Source: Paenibacillus sp. FJAT-29882 (GTDB lineage: Bacteria; Bacillota; Bacilli; Bacillales; DSM-1321). From it: 24,000 nucleotides of DNA. The notes beneath the pieces were generated by a model. It was not told the DNA's origin. It searched no databases and was given only the letters and a program-made list of their open reading frames with translations. The stretch spans positions 1,144,436-1,168,435 of the forward strand of contig LMVB01000001.1 of NCBI GenBank assembly GCA_001510645.1. Reading direction: 5' to 3'. The position numbers and the translations under genes are program-made. Below, one piece after another: positions 16,146 through 22,531 of the stretch. How positions within the stretch are numbered: position 1 is the first letter of the stretch; each line of letters opens with the position of its first letter.

Positions 16146-16333
16146 ATTAATCTCTCCTCATTGTAAAGAGCATAGAATTCTTTACAGCATCCGTATATAT
16201 GTATAGTTTACCTTGTCCATAGTAGAATCTCAAGGATATTTGGTTGGTAACCAACTTAACAAATATAAGCAGGGATTTGCAGGAATTTGTTGAATAGTAT
16301 CATTATTCAATAATAGTAAACAGGGGGCTGCTT

Positions 16334-16750
16334 ATGATCAATAAGATTGACCATATAGGTATAGCTGTAACATCATTAGCTGAGGCATTACCGCTTTATA
16401 CAGAGGTATTTAACTTGAAGCTAGAAGGGATTGAAATCATAGAGAATCAAGGAGTCAAAGTAGCATTTGTAAACGCAGGCAATACAAAGTTGGAATTATT
16501 GGAAGCGTTATCTAAAGATAGTCCTATAGCCCGATTTATTGAAAAGCGAGGCGAAGGCATTCATCATATAGCTTTTGGTGTGGAAAATATTGCAACACGA
16601 ATTGAGGAGATCAAAAATGGCGGTTTGCGCATGATTGATGAAACGGCAAGGATTGGTGCTCATAATGCTCAGGTTGCTTTCCTTCACCCAAAATCAGGCG
16701 GCGGGGTTCTTTACGAGTTGTGTGAGAATTACGAGGGGGAGAAAAAATGA
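16334..16750 (+). CDS. mce: Methylmalonyl-CoA epimerase (VOC/glyoxalase fold)
   Basis: This is a 138-aa protein. IDHIGIAV...GEGIHHIAF...AFLHPKSGGGVLYEL matches methylmalonyl-CoA epimerases. Its stop overlaps the next gene's start in ATGA. The position matches B. subtilis yqjC. Confidence 0.85.
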   Translation: MINKIDHIGIAVTSLAEALPLYTEVFNLKLEGIEIIENQGVKVAFVNAGNTKLELLEALSKDSPIARFIEKRGEGIHHIAFGVENIATRIEEIKNGGLRMIDETARIGAHNAQVAFLHPKSGGGVLYELCENYEGEKK

Positions 16751-18297
16751 CAGACATCTATGAAAAGATCAATGAATTGTATGACCGGCGGCGGGAAGTA
16801 GAGCTTGGTGGTGGAGATGAGCGCATTATCAAACAGCATGAAAAAGGCAAGTTAACCGCAAGAGAACGAATTCATCTTCTGGTCGACAAAGGGAGTTTCG
16901 TTGAACTTAATCCATTTATCGAGCACCGCAGTGTCGATTTTGGCCTAGATAAAATCAAAGGACCTGGAGATGGCGTTGTAACGGGTTATGGGAGAGTGAA
17001 TGGACGTCCGATATATTTATTTTCTCAAGATTTCACAGTGTTCGGCGGTGCACTCGGTGAAATGCATGCAAAAAAAATAGCGAATGTAATGGATCTAGCT
17101 GCGAAAAATGGCGCACCGTTTGTCGGACTGAATGACTCTGGCGGAGCTCGAATTCAAGAAGGAGTTGTCTCACTAGATGGCTACGGACAGATCTTTTACC
17201 GAAATGCGATTTATTCGGGGGTTATCCCGCAAATCTCGGTTATGATGGGACCGTGTGCCGGGGGAGCGGTTTATTCACCAGCTATTACCGATTTTGTTTT
17301 TATGGTAGAGGAAACAAGCCAAATGTTCATCACCGGACCGAAAGTGATTGAAACTGTGACTGGAGAAAAGATTAGTTCTGAAGATCTTGGCGGTGCAACT
17401 GTACATAACAGCATTAGCGGGAATGCCCATTTTCAAGGAAAAACAGAAAAAGAAGTGCTGGAAATGGTGCGTCAGTTACTGTTGTATTTGCCGCAAAATA
17501 ATGAAGAAAAACCACCAAGCATGGAAGTCTGCAACAAAGAGGATTACCGGGAAAAGCTTACGGATATTATTCCATTTAATGGTTTACGTCCCTATGATGT
17601 CCGTAAAGTAATTGAAGAAATCGTTGATACAGATTCGTTCATGGAAGTTCAAAAAGATTTTGCGAAAAATATTGTCATCGGATTAGCGAGAATGAAGGGC
17701 GAAGTCGTCGGACTTGTCTGCAATCAGCCTAAAGTTTTGGCCGGCGGACTTGATATAGATTCTTCAGACAAAGCAGCCCGGTTTATTCGTTTTTGCGATT
17801 CGTTCAATATTCCACTGATTACCTTTGAAGATGTGTCTGGATTTTTTCCAGGAGTTAAGCAGGAACACGGAGGAATCATTCGCCATGGTGCAAAAATCCT
17901 TTATGCCTATTCAGAAGCGACTGTTCCAAAGCTGACGGTTATTCTTCGTAAAGCATATGGTGGGGCGTATGTAGCGTTAAATAGTAAATCAATTGGTGCA
18001 GATCTTGTATTTGCTTGGCCAAATGCTGAAATCGCTGTCATGGGACCTCAAGGAGCCGCGAATATTATTTTTGCAAAAGAAATTCAAAACAGTGATACCC
18101 CAGAGCAGATACGCGCACAGAAAATTGCAGAATATCGCGAGAAATTCGCGAATCCATATGTGGCAGCGAGTCAAGGGATGGTCGATGATGTCATTGATCC
18201 GCGAGAAACACGGATTAAGTTACTTCAATCCCTAGAAATGCTGCGTAACAAAAAAGAATCTAGACCCTTTAAAAAACATGGGAATATCCCTTTATAA
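16747..18297 (+). CDS. yqjD: Acyl-CoA carboxyltransferase (propionyl-CoA carboxylase beta / methylmalonyl-CoA decarboxylase alpha type)
   Basis: This is a 516-aa protein with carboxyl-transferase family motifs: GGGDERIIKQHEKGKLTARERI, DFTVFGGALGE, and AYGGAYVA. Confidence 0.9.
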   Translation: MTDIYEKINELYDRRREVELGGGDERIIKQHEKGKLTARERIHLLVDKGSFVELNPFIEHRSVDFGLDKIKGPGDGVVTGYGRVNGRPIYLFSQDFTVFGGALGEMHAKKIANVMDLAAKNGAPFVGLNDSGGARIQEGVVSLDGYGQIFYRNAIYSGVIPQISVMMGPCAGGAVYSPAITDFVFMVEETSQMFITGPKVIETVTGEKISSEDLGGATVHNSISGNAHFQGKTEKEVLEMVRQLLLYLPQNNEEKPPSMEVCNKEDYREKLTDIIPFNGLRPYDVRKVIEEIVDTDSFMEVQKDFAKNIVIGLARMKGEVVGLVCNQPKVLAGGLDIDSSDKAARFIRFCDSFNIPLITFEDVSGFFPGVKQEHGGIIRHGAKILYAYSEATVPKLTVILRKAYGGAYVALNSKSIGADLVFAWPNAEIAVMGPQGAANIIFAKEIQNSDTPEQIRAQKIAEYREKFANPYVAASQGMVDDVIDPRETRIKLLQSLEMLRNKKESRPFKKHGNIPL

Positions 18298-18494
18298 AGG
18301 TGAATATCGCTAAATGAAACACGATATCTTGCGGGTACCGAACCATTAGCGATATACTAGGAATGTTGAAGTAGTTACACTTCATCAATGGGGACTTTGC
18401 CGTTACCTGTAATAAAGTGAAGGCCCCTCATTGGAATTTTTCCGATTGAGAAATGAATTTGATCAGGTATATACATATAGGAGGTTTTGTTGAA

Positions 18495-19616
18495 ATGGTG
18501 AATGAAGAACGCATTGTAAAGGAATTTCTTGAATTGGTCCAAATCGATTCAGAAACGAAGTTTGAAACGGAAATTGCCAAAGTTTTAAAAGAAAAATTCA
18601 TGGCTCTAGGTGTGGATGTTTTTGAGGATGATACTACCGCTGTTACCGGTCATGGAGCTGGCAACTTGATATGCACGTTGAAAGGAACGAAAGAAGGAGT
18701 GGATACAATTTATTTCACTTCACATATGGATACGGTCGTTCCTGGGAATGGAATTAAACCGTCCATTAAAGATGGCTATATCGTCTCTGATGGTACAACG
18801 ATTCTTGGAGCAGATGATAAAGCAGGTCTTGCGGCGATGCTTGAAACTCTTCGTGTATTAAAAGAGGAAAACATTCCGCATGGTACGATCGAATTTATCA
18901 TCACGGTAGGCGAGGAATCTGGACTAGTCGGTGCGAAAGCTTTAGACCGTTCACTTGTTACAGCTAAATACGGGTATGCACTAGATAGCGATGAAAAAGT
19001 TGGGAATATTATTGTAGCTGCTCCAACTCAAGCAAAGATCTTTGCCAAAATGTACGGGAAAACAGCTCACGCTGGCGTTGCCCCTGAAAAAGGAATTTCC
19101 GCCATTACGATGGCAGCAAAAGCGATTGCGAAAATGCCGCTTGGAAGAATCGATGAAGAAACAACTGCGAATATCGGCTATTTCAGAGGTGGACAGCAAA
19201 CAAATATCGTGTGTGACTTTGTGGAAATTTTGGCCGAGGCTCGCTCTTTAATCCCAGAAAAAATGGAAGCCCAGGTTGAGAAAATGAAACAAGCGTTTGA
19301 ATCTATTGCATCTGAAATGGGTGGAAAAGCTGAAGTTGAAGTAACGGTTATGTACCCTGGCTTTAAATATGGCGATGGCGATCATGTTGTTGAAGTAGCC
19401 AAGAAAGCAGCAGCTAAAATCAACCGCCCATCAAAGCTTCTTCAAAGCGGTGGTGGCAGTGATGCAAACGTCATTGCTGGCTTCGGCATTCCAACAGTAA
19501 ACCTTGCTGTCGGCTATGAAGATATCCATACAACCAATGAAAGAATTCCGGTTGAAGAATTAACAAAATTAACGGAAATGGTCCTAGCTATTATCGAAGA
19601 AGTAGCAGGAGAATAA
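18495..19616 (+). CDS. yqjE: M20-family metallopeptidase (peptidase T-like tripeptidase, YqjE-like)
   Basis: The metal-ligand motifs are HMDTV, GADDKAG and GEESGLVGA. The start is moved to ATG 18495, 10 nt after TAGGAGG (18478-18484). The 14 extra track codons overlap the RBS. Confidence 0.8.
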   Translation: MVNEERIVKEFLELVQIDSETKFETEIAKVLKEKFMALGVDVFEDDTTAVTGHGAGNLICTLKGTKEGVDTIYFTSHMDTVVPGNGIKPSIKDGYIVSDGTTILGADDKAGLAAMLETLRVLKEENIPHGTIEFIITVGEESGLVGAKALDRSLVTAKYGYALDSDEKVGNIIVAAPTQAKIFAKMYGKTAHAGVAPEKGISAITMAAKAIAKMPLGRIDEETTANIGYFRGGQQTNIVCDFVEILAEARSLIPEKMEAQVEKMKQAFESIASEMGGKAEVEVTVMYPGFKYGDGDHVVEVAKKAAAKINRPSKLLQSGGGSDANVIAGFGIPTVNLAVGYEDIHTTNERIPVEELTKLTEMVLAIIEEVAGE

Positions 19617-19634
19617 TCGAACGAAAACATGACT

Positions 19635-19666
19635 GGAATCTGAGGCATCTTGGATTCCGTTTTTTA
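19635..19666 (+). terminator. Putative terminator after the M20 peptidase gene
   Basis: GGAATC (19635-19640) pairs with GATTCC (19653-19658) and is followed by GTTTTTT. The stem is short. Confidence 0.4.
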
Positions 19667-19686
19667 TGGGAAATAATCTGGGAAAT

Positions 19687-19699
19687 GGGGTCTGACCCC
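19687..19699. repeat. Solitary perfect palindrome GGGGTCTGACCCC (core motif of the element family)
   Basis: Read directly from the sequence. It is a 6-bp-arm palindrome with a single central base, about 37 nt upstream of the polymerase IV start. Confidence 0.6.
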
Positions 19700-19735
19700 T
19701 AGTATATCTGTTGTTTGTAAGGAAGTGACAGTTGA

Positions 19736-20992
19736 ATGGAAGGGATGTATCCGAAAAAGGGAAAAGTAATCCTTCATGTGGATATGAATAGTTTTTTTGC
19801 ATCAGTAGAGATGGCGTATGATGCAGGGCTTAAGGGTAAGCCACTTGCAATCGCTGGGAATGTTGAGGAGCGCCGTGGGATTATAATCACGTGTAGCTAT
19901 GAAGCAAGGAAATTTGGTGTGAAAACGACGATGCCGATTTGGCAAGGGAAAAAGCTGTGCCCTGAGCTTCTTGTATTGGAGCCAAACTTTGATCGATATC
20001 GGAAAACTTCCATCGCAATCTTTGAACTGATGAGACAATATACAGAACTGGTAGAACCGGTTTCAATCGATGAAGGGTATCTGGATATCACAGGTTGCTC
20101 GGAACTTGGCTCGCCTGTTGAAATCGCTGAAAGTATTCAAAAGCGGATTTTTGAGACGATGGATTTGCCTTGTAGTATCGGTATCGCTCCGAATAAATTT
20201 CTAGCTAAAACGGCTTCAGATATGAAGAAACCGATGGGCATCACAATTCTGAGAAAACGAGATGTTCCGTTGAAACTTTGGCCTCTCAATGTTGGTGAAA
20301 TGCACGGAATCGGCAAGAAAACGGCAGAGAAGCTTAATGGTGTCGGGATCAAAACAATCGGTGATCTTGCTAAAGCGCATGATGTAACACTCAGGCATGC
20401 TCTCGGTATTAATGGACTAAAATTAAAGGAACGGGCTACTGGAATAGACGGGCGTGCAGTTGACCCTGAATCCATATTTGACAATAAAAGCATTGGCAAC
20501 TCGATGACTTTACCAAAGGATTTAACGAATCAGAAAGAATTAATCGATATATTAGAGCAACTTTCAACAAAGGTAGCACTTCGGTTGAAAAATAAAAAAT
20601 TAGTTGGGCAAAAGATTGGCGTGACCATTCGCTATAAAGATCGCCGGACGATAACGAGAAGCAGGATTGTCGAGAACCCTTTTTTCGAGAAAGCTGATAT
20701 CCATCGGCTTGCAGTCGAGCTGTTTAAAAAGCATTGGAATGGAGAGAAAGTTCGTCTGCTTGGGGTGACGGCTTTCGATGTAATGGATAAAGAAGATGCC
20801 TATAAACAACTAGATTTATTTTCCTATGAAAAAGATGCAGAAGAAGAGCCACTTTTCCAAGCTATCGAAAAGCTGAAAAGTAAATACGGCAAGGAAATCA
20901 TAAAAAAAGGGGTCGAAGCAGCTGAAAAGAAAGGCCAAGCTGAGACAAGTTTTAGTAAGGATTTTCTCGATAACTTGCGCTTAAAGGAATAA
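19736..20992 (+). CDS. dinB: DNA polymerase IV (Y-family translesion polymerase, PolY1-like)
   Basis: ILHVDMNSFFASVE, SIDEGYLDIT and GIAPNKFLAKTASD are the DinB/UmuC palm motifs. It is 418 aa. AAGGAAG lies about 10 nt upstream of ATG 19736. Confidence 0.9.
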   Translation: MEGMYPKKGKVILHVDMNSFFASVEMAYDAGLKGKPLAIAGNVEERRGIIITCSYEARKFGVKTTMPIWQGKKLCPELLVLEPNFDRYRKTSIAIFELMRQYTELVEPVSIDEGYLDITGCSELGSPVEIAESIQKRIFETMDLPCSIGIAPNKFLAKTASDMKKPMGITILRKRDVPLKLWPLNVGEMHGIGKKTAEKLNGVGIKTIGDLAKAHDVTLRHALGINGLKLKERATGIDGRAVDPESIFDNKSIGNSMTLPKDLTNQKELIDILEQLSTKVALRLKNKKLVGQKIGVTIRYKDRRTITRSRIVENPFFEKADIHRLAVELFKKHWNGEKVRLLGVTAFDVMDKEDAYKQLDLFSYEKDAEEEPLFQAIEKLKSKYGKEIIKKGVEAAEKKGQAETSFSKDFLDNLRLKE

Positions 20993-21036
20993 AAGAACGG
21001 ATAAAGGATGCCTAACGATCACTACGAGGAAGTCAT

Positions 21037-21123
21037 AAGGGTCTGACCTCGCACACTAAATCAGTAAGTAGTGTTTCATACACTTATCTTATCCTGTATT
21101 TAGTTGTTGCGGGTCTGACCTTT
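21037..21123. repeat. Palindromic element of the GGGTCTGACC family between the convergent dinB and arsR-like genes
   Basis: The left arm is AAGGGTCTGACCTCGCACACTAAAT (21037-21061). The right arm is ATTTAGTTGTTGCGGGTCTGACCTTT (21098-21123). They form an imperfect inverted repeat, and the arm sequence is related to the inner arms of the 15944-16030 element. Confidence 0.65.
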
Positions 21124-21174
21124 GCTTTTGACACCCCGTTAACTCTATTGTGAAACAGATATTAACTAGCTTTC

Positions 21175-21540
21175 CTACAGTTTATCTGGATCTGTTTTAA
21201 TGACTTTTAAATCCGTCTCATTCTGATTTTCAACAATATGTTTAAGCATGGATAATTTATTATTCCAAAATTGTTCAAAATATGAAAGCCATTGTTTCAA
21301 TTCATCCAATGATTCTGGTTGTAAGCGAAAACGTTTTTCTCTACCTATTTTTCGTCCACTGACTAGTTCTGCTTCTGAAAGAATATGAAGATGTTTAGCG
21401 ATAGCTGTCCGACTCATAGGAAAATGCCCGGTGATTTCTAAAATAGATAATTCTTTTTCTGCGAGTAATCTAAGAATATCTCGCCGTGTAGGGTCAGCAA
21501 TCGCTTGAAATACATCATGCTTTTGTACGGATGCAGACAC
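21175..21540 (-). CDS. ArsR/SmtB-family transcriptional regulator
   Basis: FQAIADPTRRDILRLL...LSILEITGHFPMSRTAIAKHLHILSEAELV is the ArsR wHTH. It is 121 aa. Its GTG start (21540) shares one base with the TAG stop of the upstream SRPBCC gene. Confidence 0.9.
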   Translation of the reverse strand: MSASVQKHDVFQAIADPTRRDILRLLAEKELSILEITGHFPMSRTAIAKHLHILSEAELVSGRKIGREKRFRLQPESLDELKQWLSYFEQFWNNKLSMLKHIVENQNETDLKVIKTDPDKL

Positions 21541-21971
21541 TAGTTCTGAACAATCTTTCTTAACTTATCAAGAATACCTGTCCAACCTTGATCCATTGTG
21601 TCACGAATAATGGAACTTTTCGCATTCGCTTTCGGAAGGATATAATCAGGGTTTTTCCATCCCCCGTGAATAAGTGTAAACTCTGTCTTATCTTCGACTT
21701 CTTTTAAAATAAATGAAACGACCCATCCATCTTCATCCCATGTAAAAGAAAGTCGATTTGGCGAATCTAATTCAATGACTTTGCAGGGCGATGGGCCGAA
21801 TGGCGATTGTAAATGGAATTCATGTCCGATGATCGGCTGAAAATCATTGGGCATGAACCATGAGGCAATCCCTTCTGAAGTTGAAATCGTATCCCATACT
21901 TTTTGAATAGGCGCATCAAAAACGACTGTTTGCTTAATATCTTGAAGTGTAACCTGATTATTTTCTATCAA
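21540..21971 (-). CDS. SRPBCC-superfamily (AHSA1/START-like) protein
   Basis: IKQTVVFDAPIQKVWDTISTSEGIASWFMPNDF... is typical of Aha1-domain SRPBCC proteins, which commonly pair with ArsR regulators. The start is moved from 22034 to TTG (21969-21971), 6 nt after AAAGGAGAA. The 21 extra track codons cover the RBS and leader. Confidence 0.8.
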   Translation of the reverse strand: MIENNQVTLQDIKQTVVFDAPIQKVWDTISTSEGIASWFMPNDFQPIIGHEFHLQSPFGPSPCKVIELDSPNRLSFTWDEDGWVVSFILKEVEDKTEFTLIHGGWKNPDYILPKANAKSSIIRDTMDQGWTGILDKLRKIVQN

Positions 21972-21998
21972 TATAATTCTCCTTTTTGTATCGATATG

Positions 21999-22052
21999 AA
22001 ACCAAATGGTTTTGTTTTTCGAATTATATAACACCTATTGGTTTCGTGTCAA
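21999..22052 (-). promoter_or_regulatory. Promoter and operator candidate for the SRPBCC-arsR operon
   Basis: On the minus strand, TTGACA (plus 22047-22052), an 18-nt spacer, then TATAAT (plus 22023-22028). The palindrome AAACCA-AA-TGGTTT (21999-22012) lies just downstream of the predicted start site. A degenerate copy, AACCAATAGGTGTT (minus-strand reading of 22031-22044), lies in the spacer. Confidence 0.5.
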
Positions 22053-22060
22053 CGGTAAAA

Positions 22061-22092
22061 GAGGCTGACCCAGAGAGAAAGGGTCAGGCCTC
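22061..22092. repeat. Short hairpin of the element family
   Basis: GAGGCTGACCC (22061-22071) and GGGTCAGGCCTC (22081-22092) form an inverted repeat with one extra base. It lies immediately upstream of the SRPBCC-arsR promoter. Confidence 0.55.
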
Positions 22093-22317
22093 ACAATTAT
22101 ATAGATCACAAGAAAAATTTCATATTACTTCTATCATCAATAGCGTTACCTTTTTGATAGTCACTAATCAGGTGAACCAGGATTAAGTACCTAGTGTGAA
22201 ATAGGGATTTTGGGATTTGAAAATTTTGGTGTATATCAGATAATGTAATCAATATAGGGAATTTAGTAGCGAAGCAGAAGGTGCAATATAGACACAACAA
22301 GGAGGGAGCCTAATAGG

Positions 22318-22437
22318 ATGAACGCTATCTGGATTACTGGAGCGGTGTTTTTATTTTTTATTGCCTTGGAATCAGGAATATCTTATTGGATTAATTTAGA
22401 AAAAGCTAGGTATGTAGATCGGGAACAACATGAATAA
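22318..22437 (+). CDS. Hypothetical 39-aa single-TM protein (below the ORF-track cutoff)
   Basis: AAGGAGGG (22299-22306) lies 11 nt before ATG 22318. Translation: MNAIWITGAVFLFFIALESGISYWINLEKARYVDREQHE, ending at TAA (22435-22437). A hairpin plus T-run follows directly. Confidence 0.4.
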   Translation: MNAIWITGAVFLFFIALESGISYWINLEKARYVDREQHE

Positions 22438-22520
22438 CAAGAGGGTGTCCCCAAAAGGTCTACCCCTGCATGTGCAAAGATTATGGGTCTGACCTTTTCG
22501 TTATGGGACAGGCTCTTGTT
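22436..22520. repeat. Nested palindromic element (same family), a likely bidirectional terminator between the 39-aa ORF (+) and zwf (-)
   Basis: The outer arms are AACAAGAGGGTGTCCC (22436-22451) and GGGACAGGCTCTTGTT (22505-22520), matching 14 of 16. The inner arms are AAAAGGTCTACCCC (22453-22466) and GGGTCTGACCTTTT (22485-22498). TTTTTT follows on the plus strand. Confidence 0.7.
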
Positions 22521-22531
22521 TTTTCTTCATT

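Noticed and set aside
19617-19735. A LexA/DinR SOS box (CGAAC-N4-GTTCG) upstream of DNA polymerase IV. CGAACGAAAACATG at 19618 caught the eye.
   Set aside because: Only the left half-site is present and no GTTC half follows. This is consistent with PolY1-type polymerases not being SOS-regulated in B. subtilis, so no regulatory claim is made.
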